Shown here: positions 42,832 through 52,034 of the stretch, piece by piece
How positions within the stretch are numbered: the first letter of the stretch is position 1
Layout of the letters: every line of letters begins with the position of its first letter
Virus record (IMG/VR): IMGVR_UViG_3300049205_000038
Location: 1 to 55,936 of that record
Origin: a virus
Lineage: Duplodnaviria > Caudoviricetes
DNA: 55,936 bases
Direction: 5' to 3' (one strand)
Translations under genes and position numbers: made by a program
The notes under the pieces: model-generated
What the model was told of the DNA's origin: nothing
What the model saw: only the letters and a program-made list of their open reading frames with translations
Databases searched by the model: none

Positions 42832-43785
42832 TTAGGCAACCAGGGCCAGTGCCCAGCTCTCGGGCTTGATCATCTTGTGGCCGAACACGTTCAGGCCACG
42901 GACGAGGGAGCCGAAGTCGTTGGGGTTCTGCAGGCTCTCGGTCTTGGTGATCTGCGACGCGAAGGTCAGCGCGGTCTTGTGCCCGGCGATGACCGCCCGA
43001 CGCTTGGCCGCGCCGCCCTGAGCCGCGCCCGTGAAGTCCTGGCTGACCGCGGCGGTCGGCAGCAGGTTCGAGACGTAGATGGTGAAGCGGTCGATCATGC
43101 CGATCTTGCCGTTCCGCAGGATCGACTTGTCGTCGCCCGTCACATACGCCTGAGCCAGCGGCGACTGCATGAGCCAGTAGCGGAACGCCGGGTCGATGAC
43201 CAGGAAGCGGTCCGTGTCGGGCACGTTCTGCTCGTCGAGAACCGACGACAGCGCGGTCACCAGGGCGACCGTGTTGGTCGCCGAGAGGGTGATCGGGGCG
43301 GCGTCGGTGCCCAGGTTGTAGCTGGCGGAGTTCACGCCGGCGGTCGCGCCCTTGTTGGCCGCGGCCCCTTGGTTGAACTGCGCGAGCAGGACCGAGCGGT
43401 CGATCGAGATCGCCATCTGCTTGGACGCGTCGTCCGTGAACATCGACATCAGGTTCGGCTTCGACTGGTATTCGAGAACGTCGGAGACGTTCACGCCGAA
43501 GTATTTCGCCTTGTCGATCGTCAGGTCGACCTTCGAGGGCGCGGGAACTTCGTAGTTGAGGTTCTGGCCTACGGTGTAGTCGTTGATGGTGATCGACGGG
43601 ACGTTGTTGATGGTGATGTTGTCACCTTGGTTCTTGATCTCGCCTTCGTAGTTGGTGTTAGCGATCTCACCGAAAACCGTGGTGGCATAGAACTTCGCGT
43701 TCAGCTTCCCAGACCAGAGCTGGGGGATGAACGTGCCGGAGTAGGCCGGCGAAGTATTGAAGGGGACTTGAACGGCCGTGGCCAT
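42832..43785 (-). CDS. major capsid protein
   Basis: FIPQLWSGKL...NT.YEGEIK..GD...L.IDKAKYF...RGLNVFG.K...P; follows the scaffold and precedes a terminator. Confidence 0.9.
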   Translation of the reverse strand: MATAVQVPFNTSPAYSGTFIPQLWSGKLNAKFYATTVFGEIANTNYEGEIKNQGDNITINNVPSITINDYTVGQNLNYEVPAPSKVDLTIDKAKYFGVNVSDVLEYQSKPNLMSMFTDDASKQMAISIDRSVLLAQFNQGAAANKGATAGVNSASYNLGTDAAPITLSATNTVALVTALSSVLDEQNVPDTDRFLVIDPAFRYWLMQSPLAQAYVTGDDKSILRNGKIGMIDRFTIYVSNLLPTAAVSQDFTGAAQGGAAKRRAVIAGHKTALTFASQITKTESLQNPNDFGSLVRGLNVFGHKMIKPESWALALVA

Positions 43786-43840
43786 CGAACTTCTCCGTAA
43801 TTGAGGGGTGGGTTATTTCCGCCCCACCCCTCAGATCACG

Positions 43841-44857
43841 TCACGGTCGGACGCGGCCTTCGGCCATGGCGCGGTCAATTTCAGCTTCCAGCGCCTGAGC
43901 TTTGGCCTCCTGCCCTTTGTACTCCCCCTTCGACAGCGCGATGTAGAACTGCTCGACTTCTCGGGGGGTGAACACGCGAGCCTCGTTGGTCGGGACCTGC
44001 GGGTTGGAAGGCCGGTTGGTGCCCGGCTGGACTTGGCTTTCGAGCTCCGCCTTGGCCGCCGGCGTGACCGGGGTTTGCGCGGGCGTCGGCGCTGACGGCG
44101 TGATGCCGGCGTGGGCCTTGTAGGTGGTGAAGATCGCGGCGAGGCGGCCTGCGTCCCCGGAGGCGGAAGCCGCATCGAGCAGGGCTTGGTTCGGCTGGCC
44201 CGTTAGCGGGTTCGTCGTCAAGCACCAGTCGAGGAACTTCTGGTCCGTGTTGATCGCCTGCCAGTCCGGGACCAGCTCAGTGAGCCGGTTGACCATGATC
44301 TGTTGGGCGGTCGCAGTCTGCGTCTTGGCGACCTGTTCCACCTGCGTGGTCGTGGCCGTCGTCTTGCCTTCCAGCTCGGCGATGCGCGCCAGGAGCGGGC
44401 TTAGGGCGTTACTCACCACCCGTCCGACCACCTCCAGCAACTCGTCGCCGAAAGCCTCGCGATCCTTTTCCGTGACCCCGGTCGCGGCCGGCTGCGGTGG
44501 TTCCGGGGGCGTGGTCGTCAGCTTCTCGGTGAGCTTGCTGACCGATGTGGTCAGCTCATTCACCTGAGACTGAAGGGTCGGGACCTCGCGGTCGTACATC
44601 CCCTTCAAGCTTCTGTACCGCTGCTCCCAGTCGTCGCTGACGGGTGCGGGGGTCTGCGCCGGTGCCGGTGCCGGTGCCGGTGCCGGTGCCGGCGGCTCCG
44701 CGGGCGGAGGCTCGGCTGGCGCTGGGGGGTCGGCTGGGGGGTCGGCTGGAGCTTCTGCAGGGTCTTGGGCCGGGTCGCCGGCCAGTGCCTTGTCGATGGC
44801 TTCCGCCTCCGCCAGCTGTCGCTTCACAGCCTCGGGCAGGTTGGATTGGATCGTCAT
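43841..44857 (-). CDS. capsid scaffolding protein
   Basis: Pro/Ala-rich N-terminus, WEQRY.SL.G.Y..EVP coiled coil, C-terminal EID.A..EGRV; immediately upstream of the capsid gene. Confidence 0.8.
   Translation of the reverse strand: MTIQSNLPEAVKRQLAEAEAIDKALAGDPAQDPAEAPADPPADPPAPAEPPPAEPPAPAPAPAPAPAQTPAPVSDDWEQRYRSLKGMYDREVPTLQSQVNELTTSVSKLTEKLTTTPPEPPQPAATGVTEKDREAFGDELLEVVGRVVSNALSPLLARIAELEGKTTATTTQVEQVAKTQTATAQQIMVNRLTELVPDWQAINTDQKFLDWCLTTNPLTGQPNQALLDAASASGDAGRLAAIFTTYKAHAGITPSAPTPAQTPVTPAAKAELESQVQPGTNRPSNPQVPTNEARVFTPREVEQFYIALSKGEYKGQEAKAQALEAEIDRAMAEGRVRP
44658..44692. repeat. (GCCGGT)n hexamer tandem encoding a Pro-Ala linker
   Basis: About 5-6 units inside the scaffold gene. Confidence 0.8.
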
Positions 44858-44890
44858 ATTCTCTCCTCAAGCCCCGGCTCTACGGTCGGC

Positions 44891-45139
44891 TTATAGGGGG
44901 GCGTTCAGCCCCATCTTCTGCATCAAAGCGGGGGCGTCGCGCACCAGCTTCTGCAGATCCTTCAGCGCCAGGACGTGGCCCTGACACAGCCCGACTTGCC
45001 GGGGATCCTGTGCCTGGAGAAGTCGCTCCGTCCAGGCTGCAATCTCAGCGTCGAGATGCTTGTCGAAGTCGCGCCAGCGCGGTTGCCGACTGAACCCATA
45101 CAGGGCCAGGAGCGCCTCGGCGCTTGTTTGAGCAAGCAT
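44891..45139 (-). CDS. small conserved head-module protein
   Basis: 82 aa helical protein upstream of the scaffold; a TTGACA -35 lies at 45171-45176 on the - strand. Confidence 0.65.
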   Translation of the reverse strand: MLAQTSAEALLALYGFSRQPRWRDFDKHLDAEIAAWTERLLQAQDPRQVGLCQGHVLALKDLQKLVRDAPALMQKMGLNAPL

Positions 45140-45172
45140 TGCTTCATTCCAGAACTGATTTGTTAGCGTCTG

Positions 45173-45688
45173 TCAAGCAGTAGTTAGCTGAACCACTTGC
45201 ATGCCCAGTAGGGCGATCCCGTACAGCAGTCCGTGCCCGAGCTCGATACGCACATTCGCGCCGCCCTCGGGGATGCCGTTGGCCTTCATATCTTCGATTG
45301 TCTCGGCGTAGCAGTGGGAGACCCAGGTCGCGGCGGCCGCGTAAATCACCATGATGGCGGTCGCTGTCCAGTCCCGATAGGCGACGGTGACCACCGCCGG
45401 GACCAGGAACCGCAGCATCGCGCCGACCATCTCCACCGGGGTCTCAGGCGTCAGCGAGCCGCCGAATATCTTGAAGCGCAGCGAGCGGCTCACCGCCCAA
45501 AGGGTGCAGAGCCACGCCAGCATGCTGTCGTGCAGGCCGTAGTTGGCGGTTAGCGACATCGCCACCGCGGCGGTGATCACCAGGGTGCGCGCCGAGCCCA
45601 CATCGCTGCCCCACAGCCGGTTCAGCCCGGCGAAGATCGGGACCATCGCCACGACCGCTGCGGTCTTAATGCGGGATGTCGGCTTCAT
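45173..45688 (-). CDS. multi-pass membrane protein
   Basis: Several hydrophobic segments; AAGGA RBS; follows the spanins. Confidence 0.7.
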   Translation of the reverse strand: MKPTSRIKTAAVVAMVPIFAGLNRLWGSDVGSARTLVITAAVAMSLTANYGLHDSMLAWLCTLWAVSRSLRFKIFGGSLTPETPVEMVGAMLRFLVPAVVTVAYRDWTATAIMVIYAAAATWVSHCYAETIEDMKANGIPEGGANVRIELGHGLLYGIALLGMQVVQLTTA

Positions 45689-45962
45689 GGGCGGGTTCCT
45701 TGGGGCAGAGTGTCACATAGGGGACGTTATGCTTCAGCTTGATCTGAAGTACGGTCTCCGGCGTGTCGTTCTTGGAGTAGTAGATCGGCTCGGCCCAGCG
45801 ACAGAAGCTGTCTTCGACCGGCTTTACCTCGGGCTGCCCGAGGATCTTGTGCGCGTCAGTCGCGACGGAACCCGTCGTCGTTCGCAAGCACCCGCTCAGG
45901 GTCACGCACATACTCAAGCTCAGCAGCATTTTGAGCGTCGCGGACTTCCTGGACGATCTCAA
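45666..45962 (-). CDS. o-spanin (Rz1-like lipoprotein)
   Basis: Lipobox LSG-C after a hydrophobic leader; overlaps the i-spanin 3' half in another frame; additional Cys residues. Confidence 0.75.
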   Translation of the reverse strand: MRSSRKSATLKMLLSLSMCVTLSGCLRTTTGSVATDAHKILGQPEVKPVEDSFCRWAEPIYYSKNDTPETVLQIKLKHNVPYVTLCPKEPAHEADIPH

Positions 45963-46092
45963 TGACTTGGTCCTTTTGCGCCGCCTCCTGGCGGGCGATG
46001 CCGCCCTGCTCGATCTTGCGCTCGCGCGCGATCCCCAGCAGGGTCTTCACGAACCCTAGCAGAGCTGTGAGCAGGGCGGCAAGCTGGGTCAC
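45856..46092 (-). CDS. i-spanin (Rz-like)
   Basis: GTG start overlapping the holin stop; N-terminal TM (QLAALLTALLGFVKTLLGI), then coiled coil, ending FRRD. Confidence 0.75.
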   Translation of the reverse strand: MTQLAALLTALLGFVKTLLGIARERKIEQGGIARQEAAQKDQVIEIVQEVRDAQNAAELEYVRDPERVLANDDGFRRD

Positions 46093-46301
46093 GTGGTGAG
46101 CACCGCCTTGGCGGTCAGGCGACCGTAGAGCGCCACCAGATAGAGCCCGCCCTCGACGATATCGACGATGTGCTGGGAGAGGCTGTCCTTGTCGATGCCG
46201 GCCGCCTGATCGACGCCGAGCACCTGCAGGACGGTGATGATGACGCCCAGCGCCGCAGCGATGACGGTCTTGCTGGTGAGCCAGTGCTTGAAGTTTTCCA
46301 T
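46089..46301 (-). CDS. holin (2 TM)
   Basis: K.WL.SKTVIAA...LYGRL.A pattern, two hydrophobic helices, upstream of the spanins. Confidence 0.7.
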   Translation of the reverse strand: MENFKHWLTSKTVIAAALGVIITVLQVLGVDQAAGIDKDSLSQHIVDIVEGGLYLVALYGRLTAKAVLTT

Positions 46302-46304
46302 AGG

Positions 46305-48482
46305 CTATCCTTGGGACGGCGGGCTGAAGTTGTCGGTGGTGGGCGCGCCGTCCATCAGCGCCTGACCCGAACCTTGCGCCTGGGGCGCGGGCAGCGCCGG
46401 AGTGTCGCCGGCTGGCGGTGGCGCGCCACCGCCAAGCTGCGCCATCTGCGCGGCGGCCGCGGCGGCGAGCTTCATCTTCAGCACCTCGGGCGGCGGTACG
46501 ATCTTGTCGGTGTTCATGTCCAGGCCCTTGGCCACCTCGCGCAGCACTGCGCCGCGGCCCTCGATCCCCATGATCTGCATGTCGATCGGGTTGGCGGTGG
46601 CGGCCAGGAACTCCTGGCGGCGGACCTGGGCGGCTTCCTTGGCGATCAGCGCCGATGCCCCGCGCGCGACCACCTGCACGTCGCCCTTCAGGTCGGGATC
46701 GTCGGCGTAGCGCATGTTGTGGTAGTAGAGGCGCTCCAGCATCGGCTTGAACACGCCGATGTCGACGTTGCCGATCACCTGCTTGATCGACTTGCCGGCG
46801 TTGGAGATCAGCATGCTGAGGCCCGAGGCGGTGCGCCCCGCGCCGCCGGTGGTGTCGCCGGTCAGGTAGCGGGGGATCCCGCTGTATTCGTCGGCGAGCT
46901 CGGTCCAGCGATCGAACACCGCCATCAGTTCGCCGGCGTTGCTGCTCGGCTGGAAGAACTCCACGGCCTTGTCGGTGCTGCCGGCCATCGGATCGGTGGT
47001 CATCTGCCAGATGCGCCACGGCTGCAGGCTGGTGATGCGCTCGCCGGTGGCCAGCCGGTCGACCTTGATCCCGACCTGCGGGCCCGAGGCCATGGCCATG
47101 TTGTTGACCAGGGCGCGCGCGGTCGCGTTGGCGATCACCTGTGGGTCGCGCACCAGATCGGCCACCGAGTTGCCCCATATCGAGCCGGGGATCTTCTCGT
47201 AGCTGGCGGTGTAGTAGGGCTTGCGGCACAGCGGGTCGTAGTTCAGCACCGCCTTGATCACGTAGCTGCCGATCAGCCACGCCTCGACATGGTACTCCTG
47301 CGTCGGGTCCTGCACCTGCTCGGGCTTCATGCCCCAGTCGAGCAGGAACTGGCCGGGGACCGAGCCCCAGAACTGCAGCGCGTCGATCAGCTGGTCCGGG
47401 TTCGAGGCCCACGACACCGACGGCTTGCCTTCGGCCTCGTTGGCGATCGCCGTCTCGTAGAGCCACGCGTTGTGGCCCATCCGATAGTCGGTCAGCACCT
47501 TGTCGATCGCGCCGCTGTCGTAGCCGTCGACCCCCTTCAGCTGCTGCAGCTCGTAGCGGCTCAGCTGGTGCTTCTGGATCAGGTCGCCCTGCTGGACGTT
47601 CTCCATCGACGGGCACGGGTAGAAGTCGAACGGGCTCACCCGCTCCCATTCCAGCACCAGCTCCTGGTTGACGGTCGGCTCCTGGCCGCCGTCCCACGTC
47701 AGGCGCGGTTTCCGGCGCACCACGGGGCCTTTGAGCACCGCGGTGGGGTAGACGGTCAGGTCGTCGATGAAGGCGTCCAGCGCCTCCAGGAAGCCGCCCT
47801 CGACGAGCTGGTCTTCCATCTTGTCGGCCATCCGCTCGGCCCGCTTGGCGCTCTCCTCGCGCACCGCGGCCAGGGCCTGATCGCGCAGGTTCGAGACCAG
47901 CTGCACCGACTGGTTCATGTCGACCGGCACGCCGGCCATCAGCGCCTGGGCGATCGGCTTGGCGGCTTCGGCGACGATCACCTCGTTGATCTCGGCCGGC
48001 AGCTCCGGCACCGGGGTGGGTCGGATCGACCAGGGGCGCTCGACGCCGGTGCCCAGCATCACGTCGCGGATCCAGCCGGCCGCGGCGCGGCACTTCACGC
48101 TGGTGATCCCGGCGTAGATTTCAGCCCCGCCCATCTCGCGGATCGCCGCCAGCTTGTCGGGGTCGTACTCGGCCCGGCGGGCGCGCATGTTGCGCAGCAT
48201 CCGCTCCTCGACGTTGCTGAACTTCCGCGCGTCGCGGGCGATCTGCCAGACCTTGTGGATGTGGGCGGCGATGCCGGTGACCAGCGGGCTGGCCTGCCGC
48301 TCCTGGGCCTCCCGGTCAGCATCCTCCCGCGCCTGCATCGCGGCGAGCGGGACGGCCCTCACCGTTCCCAGCTGCACGACGTTGCTCTGCGGCCCGGCGG
48401 CCGGCGGCGCGGGAGGCGCTGCGACGCCGAAGCCCCCGGGGGCAGGCGTCGCGATCGGAGAGAAACCTGGAGGCGTGAGCAT
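46305..48482 (-). CDS. portal protein
   Basis: 725 aa between the terminase and head genes; VSPFDFYP, WGNSVADL..D.Q...N, RTASGLSML. Confidence 0.88.
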   Translation of the reverse strand: MLTPPGFSPIATPAPGGFGVAAPPAPPAAGPQSNVVQLGTVRAVPLAAMQAREDADREAQERQASPLVTGIAAHIHKVWQIARDARKFSNVEERMLRNMRARRAEYDPDKLAAIREMGGAEIYAGITSVKCRAAAGWIRDVMLGTGVERPWSIRPTPVPELPAEINEVIVAEAAKPIAQALMAGVPVDMNQSVQLVSNLRDQALAAVREESAKRAERMADKMEDQLVEGGFLEALDAFIDDLTVYPTAVLKGPVVRRKPRLTWDGGQEPTVNQELVLEWERVSPFDFYPCPSMENVQQGDLIQKHQLSRYELQQLKGVDGYDSGAIDKVLTDYRMGHNAWLYETAIANEAEGKPSVSWASNPDQLIDALQFWGSVPGQFLLDWGMKPEQVQDPTQEYHVEAWLIGSYVIKAVLNYDPLCRKPYYTASYEKIPGSIWGNSVADLVRDPQVIANATARALVNNMAMASGPQVGIKVDRLATGERITSLQPWRIWQMTTDPMAGSTDKAVEFFQPSSNAGELMAVFDRWTELADEYSGIPRYLTGDTTGGAGRTASGLSMLISNAGKSIKQVIGNVDIGVFKPMLERLYYHNMRYADDPDLKGDVQVVARGASALIAKEAAQVRRQEFLAATANPIDMQIMGIEGRGAVLREVAKGLDMNTDKIVPPPEVLKMKLAAAAAAQMAQLGGGAPPPAGDTPALPAPQAQGSGQALMDGAPTTDNFSPPSQG

Positions 48483-48562
48483 GTGGGCAGGCTACCTGTT
48501 AGCAGGTCGCAAGTCCAGCCACAGCTCCAGCACCAGTATCCACGCGTTGATCGCCCAGGCTG

Positions 48563-48787
48563 TCATAGGTTCGACTTGTCAACCACGCGGTGGGCCTGCG
48601 CCAGCCAGCCGCGGATATCGTCGGCGCTGAGGCTGATCGCGGAGGTCGCCCCGCAGGTCGCCCCATCCTCGGGATCCAGGCCCGGGTCGGCGCGCACGGT
48701 GAGCAGGAAACGATCCCCCTCCTGGCGCAGGTTCACATAGCCCGGGTAGGTCCCGGCCTTGGTGACGGCGGCTTGTTCCTTGGTCAT
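48563..48787 (-). CDS. hypothetical protein
   Basis: Start re-called to ATG 48787 overlapping the terL stop; YPGYVN...LTVR. Confidence 0.6.
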   Translation of the reverse strand: MTKEQAAVTKAGTYPGYVNLRQEGDRFLLTVRADPGLDPEDGATCGATSAISLSADDIRGWLAQAHRVVDKSNL

Positions 48788-50193
48788 GTCCATCCTCCAG
48801 CGGAAACCCGGGTCACGACCTGGGCGACGGGGCGCGTCGATGCGCCCATGACGCTGCTGTCCGCGTGCATGCACGCATACTGGTGCGCGTCGGCGATGTG
48901 GCTGTGCTCGTTCTTCTGCGGGGTGTCCTCCACCTCGCCGTCTTTCTTCAGCTTGTAGCGATAGCCGCCGCGCAGCGCCCGGGTGAGCACCACAGCCGCC
49001 GGGTCGATCAGGTGGGACGGCCCGCCCTGGATCTGCCGCGTTAGCCAGTGGTCGACCGCTGCGATGCGCGCGACGATGTTGTTCGAGCGCGCCGGCTGCA
49101 CCTTGAAGTTCGCCGCCTTGAGAATGTCGAAGCACGATTTCTCGTCGGTCTGGGCGCGCTGCGATCCGGCCGGGTCGCCGATGATCAGCACCGGGTAGCC
49201 GGGATACTTCGAGGCCAGCAGCGGTTTCAGCTTGGTGTTGATGAACTGCAGCAGGCCCATGCCGTCGGAAGTGATCGCGTCATAGGTTAGCAGTCGTCCC
49301 ATCAGGTCGAGCTGGTTGATGGTCGCGGAAGGATTGAGGCCAAAGTCCATGCCAATGATAAGCGGTCGGTCGGCCCCAAGCTTAATCGGCGATAGGGGGC
49401 CCTTCGCGATATGAAAGTCCGCTCTAAAAGCTTTGAAAACTGGTTGACCCGCAAGGCTTTTACCGAACTTGGCATGGATATACACATCTATCCAGTCCTC
49501 AGTCTTGCCCTGCATGAGGTTCGGATAGTAGTCCACCGGCAGGAAGTCGACCCAGTCGGCCTCCGCGCTCATGCCCGACGGCTGGAAGAACACGTTGGTG
49601 TTCTTCGGCGGGTCGCTGAGAAACCGCTCCCAGAAGGTGTCCATATCCGGCGGGTTGGTCATTCCCCAAAGGTGTCGATTACTTTCGCCAGCATCAGTGA
49701 CGCAACCAACCCCGTTATCCAGCTTAGAAGGATAACGTCCGAGACGCCCTTGCAGCGCCTCGAAGATATCCTTGTTGATCTCGCGGAACTCGTCCAGCAC
49801 GCCAAAGCTGGCTTGCAGCGAAAGCAGACGACGGACATCGTTGGCGTCGTCAAGACCCCGGAACAACACTTCACATTCGACATCCGAGAACTTCAGGATG
49901 AATTTGTAATTGGTCTTCTCATAGACCCCCGCCAGTCCGTCGGGGAACCAGCGCAGGAAGTCGGGGATGGTGGTGTCGCGCAGCTGCTCGCGGGTGTTGC
50001 GCACCACGATCGCTCGGGACCGGCGAATACCGTCCCGGCAGGGGGCCATGTTCGCTGCGTGGTAAGCGATCTTCATCAGGCCGGCGGTGGTCTTGGTCGA
50101 GCCGATCGGCCCGACGGCGAGGCTGATGAAGCTCTCATCGACGAAAAACCCGGCGATCGACTTCGGCGGGGTGTAGCTGAGGGTCTCGGTCAC
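48784..50193 (-). CDS. terL: terminase large subunit
   Basis: Walker A GPIGSTKT, VVRNT..QLRDTT, Walker B GVLDE, TNPP; nuclease GMDFG, GDPAG, KN.HSHIADA.QY. Confidence 0.93.
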   Translation of the reverse strand: MTETLSYTPPKSIAGFFVDESFISLAVGPIGSTKTTAGLMKIAYHAANMAPCRDGIRRSRAIVVRNTREQLRDTTIPDFLRWFPDGLAGVYEKTNYKFILKFSDVECEVLFRGLDDANDVRRLLSLQASFGVLDEFREINKDIFEALQGRLGRYPSKLDNGVGCVTDAGESNRHLWGMTNPPDMDTFWERFLSDPPKNTNVFFQPSGMSAEADWVDFLPVDYYPNLMQGKTEDWIDVYIHAKFGKSLAGQPVFKAFRADFHIAKGPLSPIKLGADRPLIIGMDFGLNPSATINQLDLMGRLLTYDAITSDGMGLLQFINTKLKPLLASKYPGYPVLIIGDPAGSQRAQTDEKSCFDILKAANFKVQPARSNNIVARIAAVDHWLTRQIQGGPSHLIDPAAVVLTRALRGGYRYKLKKDGEVEDTPQKNEHSHIADAHQYACMHADSSVMGASTRPVAQVVTRVSAGGWT

Positions 50194-50298
50194 CTATCCC
50201 CCTGTGAATAGCATCGTGCACAGGGCGACCACGCCGCCGACCGTTGCGCACCCGATCAGGCCCAGACCATCCCATATCCCGTCGATGAACATCTTCAT
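50194..50298 (-). CDS. small membrane peptide (34 aa)
   Basis: Hand-translated MKMFIDGIWDGLGLIGCATVGGVVALCTMLFTGG*; exactly fills the gap between the putative terS and terL. Confidence 0.55.
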   Translation of the reverse strand: MKMFIDGIWDGLGLIGCATVGGVVALCTMLFTGG

Positions 50299-50861
50299 CA
50301 CAGCAGCTCCACGTCTGGCCCGCCGAGGTCGTCCGTCAGCGGGAACATCTTCGCGACGGGGGGTAGCGCGGGCTTTTTCTGTGGCATATCCAAGACCATG
50401 GTCTTCGACTGCGTCGTTTGGCCGCTGATCAGTTCCTTCACGTTGGTGGGCCCGCGGGCCCCCTCCGGGATGGTGATGTTAATGGTGAACGCGGGCCCCC
50501 CGGCCCCGGGTGTCAGCGCCTGCGGCGGCTTGCGCGTGCCGGTCATGTCCATCAGCAGGGCCGACAGCTTCAGCTGGTCCTCCGGCCGCCACACGCCGCT
50601 GGCGAGGGCGTCCTTGAACTGCTTCTCGATCAGGCTCTCCAGCATCATCCGGGACTTCACCGCCCAGGTGTAGCCCTCGTCGGTGAGCCGCTGGCGCTCG
50701 CGCAGGACGGCGTCGTTGAAGCCCGGCGTGTTCTGCAGCCGGACGAGATCTTTCAGCCCGGCGTAGCCGTACTTGTTGGCGACCGTCGCTGGCGGGTCCA
50801 CCCCCAGCGCGAGCTCCATGATCATTTCGCTGGGGACGTGGAGGATGGACACGTCGGTCAT
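50298..50861 (-). CDS. probable terminase small subunit
   Basis: Upstream of terL; HTH-like N-terminus, helical core, FTINI beta tail. Confidence 0.6.
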   Translation of the reverse strand: MTDVSILHVPSEMIMELALGVDPPATVANKYGYAGLKDLVRLQNTPGFNDAVLRERQRLTDEGYTWAVKSRMMLESLIEKQFKDALASGVWRPEDQLKLSALLMDMTGTRKPPQALTPGAGGPAFTINITIPEGARGPTNVKELISGQTTQSKTMVLDMPQKKPALPPVAKMFPLTDDLGGPDVELL

Positions 50862-50862
50862 G

Positions 50863-51090
50863 TCAGTGGCTCGCGAGGAACCCGTCCAGCAGCAGCTGCA
50901 GGCCGCGCTTCGGCCCGGGGATCATGTCCCGGGTGATCAGCAGCGGCGAGCACCAGCAACCAGATCCGTTGGTGTGCGCGAACTCCCCTTCGCATAGGTC
51001 CACGCGCCGGTGCAACCACGCCTCCAGCAACCCTTCCTGATACAGCTCGATCAGGCGGTCGGCAGTCGGGGCATGGATATGCACAGGCAT
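50863..51090 (-). CDS. hypothetical protein with H...CWC.P motif
   Basis: Start re-called to ATG 51090 (51108 is also possible). Confidence 0.55.
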   Translation of the reverse strand: MPVHIHAPTADRLIELYQEGLLEAWLHRRVDLCEGEFAHTNGSGCWCSPLLITRDMIPGPKRGLQLLLDGFLASH

Positions 51091-51141
51091 CTGTCGACCA
51101 TGCCACATGCTAACCGGAGCGCCAAGGGTGTGCATAACGTG

Positions 51142-51175
51142 AGACGCCCCGGGGAGTTGGGAGCCCCGGGGCGTC
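51142..51175. terminator. strong inverted repeat
   Basis: AGACGCCCCGGG/CCCGGGGCGTCT 12-bp stem; weak U-tract. Confidence 0.5.
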
Positions 51176-51270
51176 TTGCTGCGCGATCTGCGAGAGACAC
51201 GCTGCCACGCGTGGTCGGGTGACAGCGGGGCTTTGGGACCCCTCCCGACCGCGATTTACGGCTCAGGCTG

Positions 51271-51654
51271 TTAGGCGCTGAGAACCCGGATCCAGTTGCC
51301 CGCGGGGGCCGCCTTGACGCAGGCGTAGAGCGCCTTGGTCCCGGCCGCCTGGGCGACGCCGGTCGCGGTGGCGACGGCGTTAATGGTGTCGGTGCCCGCG
51401 CCGAAGACCTGGGCGGAGGCCGCCCCGTCGTTGGCGATGACCACCCGAGCGCCGGCTTCCGCGAGCGGGAGCAGTACGCTGTCGGCGGCGGTGGCGCAGA
51501 CCGAGATGCGGTTCACCGCGGCGGTGAGCGCGCGGGCCGCGGCCTTGGTGCCGCCGGCGGTGGCGGTGATGGCGTCTTCCACCGAGCAATCGTTGACCAG
51601 ATACTGGTCGATCGGGCGCTGCGTGTTGCCGCCGGCGTAGGTCTTCGTACCCAT
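51271..51654 (-). CDS. putative capsid decoration/fibre-like protein
   Basis: Ala/Thr/Gly-rich; ITATAGG...DSV.LP...G....N.GA...VF..GTDTIN beta-sandwich pattern. Confidence 0.65.
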   Translation of the reverse strand: MGTKTYAGGNTQRPIDQYLVNDCSVEDAITATAGGTKAAARALTAAVNRISVCATAADSVLLPLAEAGARVVIANDGAASAQVFGAGTDTINAVATATGVAQAAGTKALYACVKAAPAGNWIRVLSA

Positions 51655-51710
51655 GGGGAGCCTCGTTTCGTGAACAAGAAAGATCCCGGGTCGAAGCCCA
51701 GGAAGACTGC

Positions 51711-51738
51711 AGCCTAACCGTTAGCTGGCGACTGTCAA
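51711..51738 (-). promoter_or_regulatory. sigma70-type promoter
   Basis: TTGACA-16 bp-TAGGCT; overlaps the near-palindrome CTAACCGTTAG. Confidence 0.65.
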
Positions 51739-51739
51739 G

Positions 51740-52027
51740 CTACCCCGAGATCGCCTGGATCTGGTAGGTGGCCGAGGTGTCCTTGACGTGCAGACCGACC
51801 GTGTCCGACGCCAGGATCTGCGGGAAGCCGGTGGTCGGGGCCGCGCCGTCCTGCGACACGCGCACCCGGCAGTTAGCGTCCGGGGTCACCGCCACGTAGC
51901 GGGTGGTGGCCTGCAGCGCCAGGGCCGCGCCGAACGCCTGGGCCGCGGTGACCTGGGTCGGCGGCCACATCGGCTCGCCGGTGGCCTCGTTGATGCTGTC
52001 GAACTCAAGAACGCAGATCGTCGCCAT
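51740..52027 (-). CDS. small beta-rich protein, possible head-spike base
   Basis: 95 aa; the TRYVAV..D..CRV...G..PT pattern suggests a small jelly-roll (inference). Confidence 0.55.
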   Translation of the reverse strand: MATICVLEFDSINEATGEPMWPPTQVTAAQAFGAALALQATTRYVAVTPDANCRVRVSQDGAAPTTGFPQILASDTVGLHVKDTSATYQIQAISG

Positions 52028-52034
52028 GGCCCAC

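Noticed and set aside
918-50211. Many long antisense or alternate-frame ORFs (e.g. 15641-17263 -, 17279-18838 -, 46170-48740 +, 45856-48093 -, 34941-36353 +)
   Set aside because: They shadow well-supported genes and have the Arg/Gly/Ala-rich composition of GC-rich off-frames. Only the last 78 codons of 45856-48093 (the i-spanin) look real.
50858-51106. Alternative ORF MAWSTDACAYPCPDC...
   Set aside because: The overlapping frame 50863-51090 has a more protein-like composition and a typical H..CWC.P motif; this choice is not certain.
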